Origin: Camelus ferus
Lineage: Eukaryota
Direction: 5' to 3'
DNA: 64,000 nucleotides
Assembly: GCF_009834535.1 (NCBI RefSeq)
Contig: NC_045696.1
Span: 82,958,001 to 83,022,000, forward strand
Part shown: positions 49,401 to 63,638 of the stretch, piece by piece
How positions within the stretch are numbered: the stretch's first letter is position 1
Layout of the letters: each line of letters opens with the position of its first letter
Notes under the pieces: generated by a model
The model's database searches: none
Seen by the model: the letters and a program-made list of their open reading frames with translations, nothing else
What the model was told of the DNA's origin: nothing
Program-made: the position numbers and the translations under genes

Positions 49401-52149
49401 TTACATGGAAATCACTTACTGCAGGCCACAATGTCCTTGATTCAATAATGGACACAACCACAGTTAAGTTCATGGACCACAAATTGCAAAGCTACCTAAT
49501 TAAAAGCTTTAATGAAAAAGCTGCTGACCCCAGATTTTAGAAAATATGAAGCACTGGATTAAGTATCAGTCTTTTTTGGGAGGAAAAAAGCCATAATGTT
49601 AGAAAAACTTGACATACCTGTTGCCATAAAATTTAAATTATTGCTATAGTTAATCCTTTTATAGTCATGATAAAAGAGATGCAGTCTATTTCGAGTGAAA
49701 AAGCAGAGTTTTCCTGTGATACTCAAGGCTTCCTTTAATACTTATCTTCCAACTACAAGTGACCTGAATCATTGAGACGTTAGTTAGAATGTCTTTCAGA
49801 GAATTGTGTTTGTTCCCTTAGCATCGTAAACACTTTGTTCTTTGAGGTTAATTTTGCTAACCAACCTTGTGACGCATAAATGATGACTGCACTGTTCCTA
49901 ATGACAAATCAGTAGGTAAAAGTTGAACATTTTCTTATTGAGTCAGGAACATATTTTGAAAGTATTTCTCTTCATGGAAGGGAATGCACAACTAGCAATT
50001 AAAATATGTGACTAATAGATTCATTTAAAAACACAACACAAAATCTTATTTTTCTGTACCCAGAAGTCTTCAGCATGTCTCTTCTCGCATATCATTAGTT
50101 ACACATGTACACCATAATTTTATTAGTATTAGGTAAAAAATTGTTATGTTTTAACAGTCTGCTGGTTTGTATTCTGATTTGTGAAATCTCAGACTAAATG
50201 AGATTGCTTTCACATTTTCAGAGTTGTGTTAAATGCTAGAGATCACAGATCTATATTCAGGGACCTTATCCAACTATTTCAGGAAATAATATCCACCCAC
50301 AAACAACAGATAATAATGTAAAACTGAGTAGTCAGTCCCAGATTCTGTGCTGGAGATTTTAAGTGCCACAGGGTACCTTCCAACAAACCAGTTAGGCTCA
50401 ACGCAATCTAGCATCTCCTTGTCTCTGAATCTCCCCCGAGTCCAGGGGTTCTGATAAAGGCCCTAAATGGAAATAACTAGTCATGTGTTTGACAAACAAA
50501 CAAAAGAACTTTTAAAATTGTATGTTTAACCGGAGTTAATATAAACTAGCAATGGTTAGATTAAAATCTCTAGAGATTCTGTCAACGCATTCTAAAGGCG
50601 CTTACTGCATAACATTGAGGATTGTGAATTTTATAAAATAAATATTGTAAAATATAAATACAAAATAAATAAAATGTTTCATATTCTAGATTCTTTATAA
50701 TTTTGATTGTATATCAGTTTATGTCTGTGATGTTAGTTTTTTAAGAAAAAAAGGAAAATTTCATCCGTCCAGGAGGGAAAACTCCTTTAGCTTAGAGAGT
50801 CATATACTTCAGACTGTACAAGTCAACAGTGTCTGAAGCTATGGGACATCAATAAGAAATAAAACATATAGTCCTTGCCCTCAAAAGTTTGCAACCTAAT
50901 GAGAGAGAAAAAAATGAGGCATTTATACTCATAGAAAAGTAGTAAAAAAGCAAATCACATCTTCTTGTGAAAATGTTTGCTAATTCCAACATGGTTTTTA
51001 AAATCTAAAGTAATTCTTCCATGATTTGTTTTACTTGCCTGATTTTAGATATAGGCTACCCCCGATTTCCTTGAGCCTGGGGAGTATTTTACTTAATAGT
51101 TATTTTCTAATATTTATTTCCTCTCTTGAGTCTAAGAATTAATCCCACACTTAGGAGTCAGGGCAACCATAGAAGGTTTTCTATTGAGACTTAGAGGAAA
51201 TTCTTTAGACTATCTTATGTATACTTGGCTCTCAAGATCCTGTTCATTTAACCCTGTTCCTGCTCCACATGAACGTCAAATTATATTTTGAACTTTTCAC
51301 TGGGGGTCTACCCTGTCTTTGACATTTTCTTTTAAAAGTGAAGTGGTCTTAAAAGACCTGCAAAGAGTATCTATCTATTTTACTCCCTGCCACGGTCCAC
51401 CCAGAAGTCTTAATAAGAGAACCAAGCAAGCATGAAGAGGGTAAGTGCTTTGAAAAGAGTGAAAAAGTGTGTTTTTGTCTTTGTTTTACTTTGTTTTTCA
51501 GATGAGAGAAGGAAAAGAAAAATCATTTGCTCTTCTGCCCAAATCACGTTAAGTCGTGAGCTTGTGGTGGAGAAAAAACAAAATAAAGACCGCCTGGGTC
51601 TCCATCCTGTGCTCTAACCACTAGACTGCCATTTCCTGCTTGGTCCTTAGAAATATATTTTATCGATCCTAAACCTGTTTGATATATAAAATGAATTTAC
51701 TAAACTTATGAGTCATATAAAAATAAATATGATTTATCAGTCAAAAGAATTTCCTGGCCAAGGGCGCCACTGCCTTACCTTAGGAACAGACCCGAAACCA
51801 CATCGTTTCTCTAAAGGTGCCTTTTAAAAATTCCCGATCTCCCACCATTTCTGCTCTCACAGATTTTCCCCTGTCTGAGCAGGACTCTTGTATCCCATCA
51901 AACAGCCTTCAGTGGCATTATTTATTTGGGTAAAAACAACAGGAGTGTAGATGAGGGACTCATCAATTATGACGCAGACAGAAAAATGACTAGAATTATC
52001 TGGTTCTGGAGTTACTTTCTTTTTCACTTCATAAAACATCCCAAACATTCATCACACATCAATTTCCTGATTGCATTTCAACCTGACCATTGTGTTTGTC
52101 AGTTCAAATAACTTTCACAGGCCTGTTTCTGTTTGTCTGAAGCTGCTGG

Positions 52150-52330
52150 TGGTGCCTTCGGTTTCAGCCCCTTGGTCTTCCCGCTTTAGCATGAGAAGCA
52201 GGGCTTCAACGCAGCTTCCTACCGCTCGCCCTGGCTGCCACGCTGCTGCGCCCTCAAGTCAGAGCCCTCGGAGGGGAACGGCTCTGCCGGGGGAGGGGGC
52301 GGTTGGGGCTACGTGGTTGGCTTGGGGTGA
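52150..52330. promoter_or_regulatory. Small CpG/GC-rich patch with GC box (candidate promoter or enhancer core)
   Basis: About 12 CpGs in roughly 170 bp in a CpG-depleted window; GGGGGCGG at 52295-52302; TACGTG at 52310-52315. Confidence 0.5.
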
Positions 52331-55300
52331 GCTGGAAATATGCTTCTAGACTGGTCTGAGAACCATAGTTGGGGGAATCTGACCAAGGCGGGCAACAGCA
52401 CTGGTCCGGGAGTGACCTCAGTAATCTGAGCTGTTCCTTGGCATCCCTGCCCCCCTCAATCCTCTCCTCTCATTATAAACAACAATACAGAAACGATCAT
52501 GCCCACCCCATTCACCTCACTGATATATTATGGTGATCAAATTTCATCATGGATGGCAAAATCTTCTTAAACTCTTAAGAACTTCATAACTTATCAGCTT
52601 TCAGTAACACAGATTCCCCAAACACTGCTAAGCAGTTTGCCCCAGGACTGTGACAATGGAGTTCACTTCCTTGAGTCCAGTTACTTGCCCCCATCTCTCC
52701 CCCACCCCACCCGACAGCAGCTATACCACAAAGGTAGCTGATACCCGATAACTCTGGATACCTAAGACAAGAAGGCTGATGTTTACTGCCCTCCCCCCCA
52801 CCACACACACATTTCCTGGTTAAAACAAAAACTCATTTGTTAACATTTCCCTCTCTCCTCGTTCTTCAGTTTGTGGATGCTTTTGTGGGTAGTTTGGATC
52901 CTGGTGGTGTAAAAAGAGTTATCCCGAGGTGTTTCTCTTGCAGGAAAAGATTTAAGACATCTGTGGATGACGCGCTAAGGTAGTCATTGGCAACCTCTCT
53001 TCCATTTCCGGGTTGGCTCATTGTTTACCTAATTGCCAGTAATAATATTTCATTGTGTAAAGAATGTTGGCACCAGGGCCCAGGTTCCAGTTTATTGATG
53101 GCTCAGAGTTTATGAATTGATGCCCTCAGCAGGTTGCTGCCCTGATGAATGGCAATTACGGTGACTCCCACAGAGGCAATTGTAGCCAGAGCATTTACTC
53201 CTTTCAAATAATTGCCCCTGAGAAGTTGAACAGGTAATTGTAACATCTGAAAACCATGCCTTTGGCTCAGAATCAAAGAGTATTAATCTCCATAACAGAG
53301 GTGTTTTGGAATGACCCAAAAGAGTTGTTAAGGAATGGTCTCCACAGTGTTTAATTTTAAGATGAATTAGAGAAACCTTAGCAAGACCGCCCTCCCCCAC
53401 TCCCCACAATGACAATTAAAATGTTGTAAAGACACCCAGGTAACAGTTAGGGGTACCCACCTTTTTGAAGTTGTAATTCCCTACAGTGATTGGTTGATTT
53501 TAGACTTTATACCTAAATTACTCCCCCTTAAAATGTTTTAAGTACTCCTGTTCCAGCCAGGCTAACCTGCCCATTAACCCCCAAAATGTTATGTTTTCAT
53601 TCTTGTCACTGAACATTTGTTAATACCGTTCTTTAATACCATTCAATAGATGTGTGGAATGAAAAAATGATTTAAAAAAAAAGAGTACAATTATTTGAAA
53701 TACACATTAACTTTGCTCTATGATTTAGGTGGATCTAATTAATTACTAAAAGCCCTTCAATACAGATAGCGCTAAAATCTTGAAGCCATGCATATCTTCC
53801 ACGGAATCAAAAGACTATCAACGTAGACCTTCTACTCTATTTTGGTGCCCTACGAGAAACGGGAAGTAGCCACATAGTAGAGCATCTTTGCTTAAACTTT
53901 CATTTTGAGGAAAATATTGCACAAAATGGGAAGGAAATGTAAAGAGAATAATCCCTCATGGGTTTTAGGGGAAAAAAAGTAAAGAAAAGAGTAACAGAAA
54001 AATATATAAGTACAGAGTCACACCTACAACTTTGAGGTCTTTTGTGTGGAAGGGAGAGTCAGACATATTTGAGAGATGACATTGAGGAAAGGAAGGAAAC
54101 TATATAAAAAAGAAGAAGAAGAAGAAGAAATCTTTCAAAATATGTAAGAGTACAGAAAGACCATAAACTAGTTTGGAATTCTGGAATACCTGATATTTAA
54201 ACATTTCTTCTCACTCGTTGGCAGTGATTCCAGGGGGCTGGAAAAAGGAACAGCCAGGTATGCTCTCCTTAAAGGCAATACAAGCATCATCGTTCAAAGT
54301 GCCAGGGGTTTAAAAAGTGTTTCCTTATCACCATATTTCAGATGGATCAGTAATGACAAGAGGAATGACTGGAAGACTTCAGACTGAATTGCGGGTTAGT
54401 TCAGAAACACTCAATGATTAGAATAAAAAATATAAAAAAGTGATTATGAAAATAAACATGGGAAAAACTATGAACCTGAGTAAAATTAAGTATGAAGTAA
54501 TTCTCTAAACACACTCATCCATGCATACACAACTAAAAGAACCTAAAGGCTACCAAAGTAAAGTTATAGTTATCTGTACAACCAGAAACATACATTAAGG
54601 CATCCTGATCTACCTCGAGGTTTCAATACTCCAGAGTTTCTTTCTTGTATAACCATGACCTTGTTCTGCTAATTAGATTACTGGAATTGAGAGTTTTATA
54701 GGCTCATAGAATTAGACATGAATTTTAGAGAGCATGTGTTCCAGATGCCTGCCTTAAGGCAGATAAATATCTGAACCAAGGATGACAAATAGGTTTTAAC
54801 TTCGAGGCTAATTCCAATCCATTTGTAGTTGACTGGCTAGAGCAATGTGTTGAGGTGGATTCTGAGGCCGATTCAGGTCCAACAGGAAGGGGGACTGAGT
54901 CTGATGGGTAATATAGGGCGTAACCTGCTCAGGCTCAGGAATAAGAACCCCGGCACGTGTAAGGGTGGAGGCTGGCCTGCATGTCATGCTTTAGTCCTTC
55001 TCAGTCTAAACAAATCAGGTATGAAGAAGGTAGCATGCAATACAGATAATCAATAGATATTCTAGGGTATAGTTACATGGTGCAGATATATATAACCTGC
55101 ATTTTTTTAAATCAAAATTGTCTTCTGTATCCTGAGGAAATCTGAAAGGTTTCAGGCCAAAAGCTTCCTGCTCTTTATTCTTTAAGATTTAGGAGTTTTA
55201 GGAAAAAGAGGGGATTGCAGAAGCAAGAGGCGTGTTCTTTAAGTGAACGATGTGTCATGTCAGTGGCTGTTCTTTACCCCAGGCCACTGTTGTTCAGATG

Positions 55301-55769
55301 GCTACGTAGCCTAAGGCTGCTGCCTGGTGCATAGTTTTTTCCATAACTAATTCTACCCAGTGCTCAGTTAAGCCATGCAACCATAAATGGTCATTCTAGC
55401 CAATTATCTTAACTGCAAACTGTTTATGCTTAATACCAAACTATTTATGCCTAATGAATCAACAAGAATTGTTCCTATTAAAGATGTATCCAATTCATTT
55501 TGTACAATGATGAAGTCTTTTGGTTCTAAATCCTTTTTCAAGGAGGCTCACCTCTTTGGCATGGTCTTCTGCCACAATTTAAAATAATCATAGAACACTG
55601 AAATCTTCCATCAATTCTCTTGACCCTGGACTATTTGCGCTCCCTTCCAATGGCCTGCTCAGTCCTTGTGTGTCTTTTCTTTGCTTTTTCCCTTCCGCCA
55701 CCATCCTAATGTATTTGTTTATAAATTCAGCAAATATTCATTGATAATTACCTTTAACCAGTAGAGTAA

Positions 55770-55960
55770 TATGTGCCAGAAACTACAGTAGGCACTTTTT
55801 TATACTTTTTTCTTGCTTCTTCACAGCAGTCAAAAGAGCTCAACATTACTATCCCCATTGTATAGTTGAGTACATTGAAGATCAGAGATGTCAAGTAACT
55901 TGTTCAACATCACACAGCTAGGGACCCAGATTGGGATCAGAGTTTAGCAATCCTCTTTCC
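55770..55960 (-). mobile_element. MIR SINE
   Basis: tactatccccattgtatagttgagtacattgaagatcagagatgtcaagtaacttgttcaacatcacacagcta. Confidence 0.8.
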
Positions 55961-56369
55961 AGTGATCCTTTTTTACTTGCAAACCACTGCTTAAGATTAG
56001 CACCTACATGGCACATAAAACATTGTCCAGACTTTTATGGAACTCAAACATTAGAAACATACCTAATCCATTATCTACCAACTTTATGTCTTATGTCTAC
56101 CCAATCATGTGGTTTCATCTTGTTCCCCAACACCACTACCAATAACCTGGCCCTGCTTTGGTGACCTCACAGTTGGGACCAAATCCTTTTCACTGACACC
56201 CTAGACTGTGCTGTATTCTTTCTTATGTGTAACCTGCGTGCAGATTGTTTTTTCTGTTCAAAGACCTGGAGTGCTAATTCACCTGGTATGTCGAGTATCA
56301 CTTAAGGTGGTATAAAGGCAAATATCTAACTTACAAGTTAGATTACAGTTTATTCCACATGTTGATTAG

Positions 56370-56720
56370 CTTATATCATATCCACTCATTCAATAAGTAA
56401 TCCTAAATGTGTAGCTGTTACTAGGTTTGTCAGAGATATAAAGATGAATCACTTTTTGTCAAGATGCTTTTGGAGAAAAGTGAGAACCTACGGTCTTGAT
56501 GCCAAGATCTATGACACAAAGTAAAAAGCAGTCCTGCAAGAAGAAAGGTGCAGACTAAGAGGAGTTCGGGAAAGAAAACAGCCGAGTCAGTCAGGAATCA
56601 TGATGGAAGAGGCAGCGTCTGAGGCAGACCTGGAGGGGATACGTTGTGGGCGTGGGGAAGTGAGAGGAGAGGCTGAGAGCACTTGTAAACACATGGCCAG
56701 TGGAGCTGTGTGCAGTGGCC
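56370..56720 (-). mobile_element. LINE-2 3' fragment
   Basis: cactcattcaataag...cagagatataaagatgaa...atggaagaggcagcgtctgaggcagacctggagg. Confidence 0.6.
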
Positions 56721-58063
56721 TGATGCCAGGGAGGCCAGGGTGCCTGGAACTGCTGGGGTTCGCAGCACCATCCGCTCTGATGGCAGGATGGGACACAACG
56801 TGGGGTGGTCAGTGCTGCTCCTTGGCTCTGTGACATTCTTTATCCCCTGAACTCTGCTTGTTCAGTTTCTGGGGTTCCCTCAGGATAAATTTTTTTTCTC
56901 GTTTTTAAAAAAACCACACCTAGGGCCTTTTCCACACTCCAAAAACTTTAATTCTATTTGGTCTAGTCAAGGTTGCTCTCATTTCTGTTTGCTGATTGTC
57001 TTCCCAATTGGATTATAGTCTCTTCCTGGCCAAGAACACATTTTTTTTTCAGATCTCAAGTTAAACAGAGCCCAGAGCTGAGCACACAGCAGGCATTCAA
57101 TTAACACTGGATGATTTATTGGGTCTTTAGTTATGAATGAACGAAACTGTCCACAGAAAATGTGGTTTAAAACTGTTAAATGAATATTTCAGATTTACCC
57201 CAAAATGTTAGCTATGGAAAAAATGAAACACCAATTTAAGAAAGACACGACCAAAAAATTCTTGCTACACCCTATTTCTGTTAAAGATATTTCTCCTATC
57301 AAGAACACTCATGTTGGATGAGTATTGTGGTATGTACCTAGCTTTGACAATCTATCTTAAGAAAATAGGAAAGAAAAAAAAAAAACCCTTAGTTTTTTCA
57401 GTTTTAAGATACATTCTCAAGCTTATGTTAAAATGATCCGTACCTCATTATCTACTAAGATTGGGTCATATGCTTTTTGACCAGAATTATTTCCACAAAT
57501 ATGAAGAAGTCTGTTTCATATTTCCCCATTGAAACTCAACTTCACTTATTAATGCAGAATTATCCCCAGATTAAAATTCAGAATCTAAAGCTACTGGTAA
57601 CTTATACAGATTCTGTTATTGAAATCTGCCCGTGGGATCACTTTGCAGAGATAAACTCAGCCAGTTAAAAGAATAACTTACGGGAGTACTGTCAGAAAAG
57701 ATGAGAACCTAAATAATGTATATGCACCATGAACATAAAAGGCCTAAGCCAGCACAGCAACCGGGAAGTTTCATGAGTCTATTATCCCAGAAAACTAAAT
57801 GAAGCACATCGCATCCTTTCTCTGACTTACACTTCGTCTGACACTGATTGTTGCTGCCTCTTGACAAAGGATGTATGCAGTTCCCCCGGAGAATGGTTAC
57901 TTCTTCCTTCCCATCCCCGCAATCTGCTAAATCTCTTCTCATGTAAGAGAAAGTTTCACAGACTCTTTATTTAGTTTTTGGTATTTCCTATCGTTATTTA
58001 TAGTTCCATGCATATTTTCTGTCTTCCTAATTCAACTGTGACTTCTCTTATGACAAAAGCTGG

Positions 58064-58113
58064 CCTTTTTCTTTGTTTTCCGATTCACCCTTTTTCTTTG
58101 TTTTCCGATTCAC
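58064..58113. repeat. Perfect 25-bp tandem duplication
   Basis: cctttttctttgttttccgattcac occurs twice in tandem. Confidence 0.97.
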
Positions 58114-59129
58114 CCTGTCCCAAGGTTTATGAGTTTTTGAAGAAAGCCAGTAGAGGATGAGATATAGCAACTCAAATCATCTTTTAAAATGTATTTATAA
58201 TGAAAGTGACAGTTGCTTTTTTTTTTTTAACTACCAACTTAGTCAAACATCTCAAACCATTGTCTAACTAGGCGACCCAGGACAAGGTTATACTATAGTG
58301 TAATGGCACACGTTCTAGATCATACTAAGGGGGCCTGCTGTGACCATATACTGTTTAACTGTTCATACACACCTAACTGTTGGATGTAGGCCTGGATCAA
58401 AAGAGCTCAGTGAGTTAAGGTTTTTCTGTCATTGAAGAATATTTATTGCCTTTGGTTGTATAATTTGGGTTTTATCTCCTGAAAATTCTACCTGTATGCC
58501 CTAAATTTTTGGCGGAATGCTGTTCCCATGGCATCACCAAGGGGATCAAACTTGAGTTCTTCCCCACACGGTTACCTTTAGCCAAAGCAATCTTGCCGAA
58601 CGACTGATTGAGGTTCCTGGCACTATTCTTGTACACTTTCCCTGTGACTTTGCAGTTTTGTGGCGGCTGTCTTTACCCTCAAACCCTGTATTCTAGAAGA
58701 TGCATATTAATGAGAATATATTTTTTCTTACACAATCTGGTCACCACATTCAATTCAAATTAATTAAATATACAAAAGAATTGAAGGTAATCGAAGTTGC
58801 TTTGAAATATGTTTCAAGATGATAATAAACATATGTACATACAATTTAACTTTCACATCACAAACTTACTGCCAAATAAAGCATGTCTTTGTGAGAAATA
58901 CTTTTTAGAAGTTCTAATTAAAGAGTGTATTTTATATATAAAATTATGAACATGGCTCTAAGTGGTGATGTGGGCAGAGTTCATTAAGGAAACAAAATAA
59001 GTGTTGGATATTAAAGAATAATCCTCAGGATTTTTCCAGGAGAAGAAGAACGGTTTAGGCACTGGGATCTGCATAAGCAAAATGAGTGAATGTTCAGACA
59101 GAAAATACAAGTCAAAAGGATTCTATTAA

Positions 59130-59830
59130 TTACATTGTATAAACTGTGGATGAAGAGCTGAGGGAAAACAATGATGAATAAAACGTGGTCCCCACCAATG
59201 TAATCTATCGGAAAAAAATTTAAATAACTCGATTACTAAAAAATATAAATGGACGAGTGATCACTCATCCAACAAAGGTGAACACTATTGAGGAACTGCA
59301 GAGAAGGGAGAGAACAGGGCATTTGGTATAAAAAGTTTTCTCAGGTGAAATGGAATTTGAGCTAGCCCCTGAGAGATGAGTAACGATGTGAGAGGCAGAT
59401 GCGGGGGGGAAAGGGCGTTTCTGGGAGAGGGCGGAGTGTGAGAGTGAAAAGCAGCCAGCAAAGCACGTTTGTCGCCAGGGGCAGATACCACTGTGACAGG
59501 AAAGCGGGGCTCTTTGGTCACTAGGCAGGGAAGGAGGGAGTCATAAGAGTAAGAGCTGAAATGGAAGTCTGGAGTTGAGTGACAGAACTGTTTGAATCGT
59601 GGATGGAGGACCTTCAACAATGAGGAGTGTCATGATTTGATCTGTGGTCTTGAGTTCAATGGAGAAGCCACGCTTAGAGGTTTGGGGAGTTGTCCACAAA
59701 GACTGGTTAATGGGGACCGTGTTTAATGTGAGAAGACCAGGCTGAAGATAGAACTTGAGGAAGACTTTGCACAACTGGAGAGGGAAGAAATCGAGAAGTC
59801 AGAAAAGATTTAGAAAGAGACTGCAGGGAG
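59130..59830 (-). mobile_element. LINE-2 fragment
   Basis: gatgaataaaacgtggtccc...caatggagaagccacgcttagagg...tcagaaaagatttagaaagagactgcaggga. Confidence 0.7.
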
Positions 59831-60289
59831 ACGGGAAGAATCTCTTACGCATCAAATGTGCATTCATTTTGAAAACATATTCAGACACACCACCAGTAAA
59901 TCTGTGGCACTTTGGCCGGTTGGACCTCATCAAAGACCTGACATGCATAATGAGCACCTCTTTGAAGGGTTGGAACAATGTAGGGTCCTCAACTCTGCTT
60001 TTATTCTCTCCTTCTCCATGTCATCCAACCCGGAGTTCACTCGTTCTATGAATCTGTGTTGTCACCCTCTAAAACATCCCCATCTGAAATTTTGTAACTA
60101 TAACCACAGGGGTAATTCCGTACTACAGCTCTTAAAGGAGTTCCTAATGGCCTGTACTTATAAAAATAAGGGGCTGGAAATAAATATTCTGAATAATCTT
60201 AAAAGATATTATTCTAGACTCACATAGACTACTGATCTAAAACTTACTAATTACGGTAGTTTAATATCAAGCTAATAATTAGTTTAGCA

Positions 60290-63200
60290 CACTATCATGC
60301 AGTCTTTTCTAGACATTTGCCTATTTGTTGGCATAAAATTGCTCATAATGTCTTATTTTTCTTTTTAATTACTGTAGGATTTACCATTTTTATTTCCAAT
60401 ATTGGTAATTAATGTCTTCTTTTTCTCTCTCTCTGGTTGATCAGTGTTGCTTTATTGTTCATTCTATTAGTATTTTTAAAAATAATTAATTTTTTTGTTT
60501 TTATTGTAATTTCTCTGTCTCACATTTGTTTTCTACTTCATTAATTCCTGCTGTCACATTATGATTTTTCTTCTACTTTCTTTGGGATTCATTTTTTGCT
60601 CTTTTCAAAAAACAGTTTGAGATGATATTTACGAAGTTAATTTTTCAAACTTTTTTTCCTAATATATGGGCTTGAGGTTATATATATATATATATATATA
60701 TCCCTCTAAGCATAACTTCAGCTGATGTATTTCACAAGTTTTGATAGTTTGTTAACATTCAGTTAATTTTTTTCTAATTTTCATTGTGATTTCTTTGACC
60801 CACCAACTATGTAGAAATGTGTTACTAATTTTCAAATATTTGGGGACTTTAAAATATTTTGAATTACTGATTTGAAGTTTCATGCTACTGTGGTAGGTTA
60901 ACATTTTTTAATAATTTCAGTCTTTCAAATTGGCTAATATTTGCTTTATGGTTCACCTTATGCCCAATTATGATCAATGTTTCAAGGACACTTGTAAAGA
61001 ACATACATTCTTCTGGTATTGAGTGCGGTGTTTTACAGATGTCATTTAAGTTAAATTTATTAATTACATCAAGCTTTCTGTATCCTTAATGATTTTTGTT
61101 TGTTTTTATCAGTTTCTGAGTGAAGTATATTAATTACGTATTTTTAAATAATTCACTCTAGTTCTATCAATTTTGCTTTTACTAAGTAGAAATAAATTTA
61201 GAACTTTGAACATTAAGAAATTCTTATTTTAGATCTATATAAAAAGTAGACTCTATATCAAAGTCTACTTTGATATTAGTATAACTATACCAGATTTCTT
61301 TGGTTTATGGTTTGCAAGATATAATTCTCCCATCCTTTACCTTTTAAACTTTTTTATGTTAAAAGTGTGTCTCTTGTAAATAGCATATGATTTTGTTGCT
61401 TTTCTTAAAAATACAACTTGGTAATATTTGTGTTTTATTAGAGCATTTACCCCACTGATATTTAATATTATTTATTACACATTTGGTTTTAAATCTTCCC
61501 TCTAAGTATTGTTTTCTACTAGTTCCAACTTTTCTACATGCCTTCCCTCTTTTTTTCTTGCCTTAATTTCTCCTTTATCAGCTTGTTAATTATGTATTTT
61601 TCTATCCTTTTATTGGTTACCCTAGCTATTAAAAAATCATTCTTGGTTTTTATAACTTAATATCAGTTTTCACATTTGTCAAACAATGCAAGGACCTAAG
61701 AATACTTTTACTTCATTTATCACCCTCATGCCTTTTATGTATGGTTAGTGTTGTTGTTATATATTTTAATTCTATGTATGCTTTCCATCATATAAGGCAT
61801 TATCTTTATTGTTTTAATCAGTCAATATTTGTTCAGATTTATCCTAGTATTTACCTCTTTTTGTGGCTCACTCATTATTCCTTTCCCCATTTCCATGCTT
61901 TCCCCAGGATCATTTTCCCTCTGCCTGAGGAACTACAATATTTCCATCAGCATGCATTTGTTGAGGATATATTATCTTTGGTTTTAGTTGTCATAAAATG
62001 TCATTATTTTGCATTTGTTTTTGAAAATATTTTACAAGGTATAGAATTCTCAGTTGGCAGTTATTTTTTTTTTAGCACTTTAAAAATGTCATTCCTTTGA
62101 TTTCTGAACTTCATCATTAGCTATCAGTCTGCTTGTTGCTAATTTGTAGGAAACATGTCTATTTTCTTTGGACTATTTTAAGATAGTCTCTTTATTTTGG
62201 TTTGGAGTTTCACTGTGAACAGCCTAAGTGGTGTTTTCTCTATACTTATTCCATTTGGAGCTCACAGTACTTTTGAGTAAAGCTTAACAACATTTTTGTT
62301 CAGATTTAGAAAATTCTTTCTTTTCTTTCTTTCTAGGACTCCAATTACAGCTATGGTAATCTGCTCTCCCCTACCCTTCCCCACCCCACCCCATCATCTT
62401 ATGTTATTTTCAGGTTTTTGTTTTTTGTTTTTTATTCATCCTTTATTTCTCTCCATGGTTCAGTCTGGATATAATTTTTACCCTCAATCTGTCTTCCAGT
62501 TCAGTAATCCCCTCCTTAGCTATATCTAGGTTGATACTAACCTCATCTATTGTGTTTCTAATTTTAATTATTATATTTTTAATTTTTGTAATTTATATTT
62601 TATTATTTTTGATTTTTAATTCTATGCTGAAATACTCTTATTATTTAATTTCTTAAATATATTAATTATGATTATTTTATAGGTCTGTGTCTGATTACTA
62701 TATCTGGATTTCTCTGGAGTTTTTTCTTTTTATTTATTTTTTGGGGTTATTTTTTGTTCATTTGTTTTGGGGTCATATAATCTTGTAGGCAGTTAAGGTG
62801 GGGATAGATAATCTTAAACTATCAAGTAAACTTTAGCTTTTGTTAAGTTCAGTCTAATTCCTATTTATCCCTGCATATACAGTGTTACCCTTTGGGATGT
62901 CCCAGCTGAAAGCCTGGAGTCTTTTGGAGGACTCCTTACTGGTGAGGCCTAAACTTTGATCTTTGCCACTCAGCTCTTCTAGATCTGTTCACCCTCTCAG
63001 CCTCTTAGCTTTTGCTTGTGAGTCAGTACACAGTAGGAAAAAAATGCTCCAGGACTTTGGGTTCAGCTTTCTAGGTCTCTGTACTTCTTTTGCTTTGAAA
63101 ATTTTGACTTCTGTTAACCTCACTGCCTTAATAGCTCCCAATTCCTAAGCACAAAAATTATCTATCTATCTATTTATCTATACAGGGAGAAAGAGAGAGA

Positions 63201-63312
63201 GAGAGAGATGTAGTTATGTGTATATGAGTGTCTGTGTTGTCCATTTTTGCTTATTTTTGGTGGAAGGGTTCATCTCCAATAAGCTAGTTCACCATTACCA
63301 GAAGATGAAAAT
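60290..63312 (-). mobile_element. Old L1 (L1MC/L1ME-like) including ORF2, ORF1 and 5' remnants
   Basis: T-rich antisense L1 text (gatattagtataactataccagatttctttgg; tgtctcttgtaaatagcatat; ggtatagaattctcagttggcagt) and a 5'-end-like aagctagttcaccattaccagaa. Contains (TA)11 at 60679-60700. Confidence 0.85.
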
Positions 63313-63638
63313 GCCTGCTGTTAACTCTTAAACATTAATTGTTTGTTCACTTAAAAAAAGTCCTCTAAAAATAGTTTGCAAGAAATCCTAATGTGTAATC
63401 CTAAACTTGAAATTGTGTTCATAGAATTGTTGCCAAAAACAGAACAAAAAAAAAAAATAAAGTGAAGGGGCAAGGGAGAAGACCGAGAGTTTTGCCAGAG
63501 AAATGGGAGGCAGAAGAAGAGAAAGAGGAAGAAAAAGAGGAGATACCAAGGCAGAGCTGAGACAGCAGATCATTACAAATCTCCAGACAGGTTTCATCTG
63601 TTTTTCTGACTTTTTGCATAATGTGTCTTGCTTACATC

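Noticed and set aside
51432..51552. Donor GAGG|GTAAGT at 51441 followed about 60 nt later by an acceptor (tttttcAG ending 51501)
   Set aside because: The implied 61-nt intron is shorter than typical mammalian introns, and neither site has a supported partner.
20049..58113. 25-26 bp direct repeats (20049, 31089, 58064) as a CRISPR-like or shared repeat system
   Set aside because: Each is a two-copy tandem duplication with no spacer, and the three units are unrelated in sequence; the context is eukaryotic.
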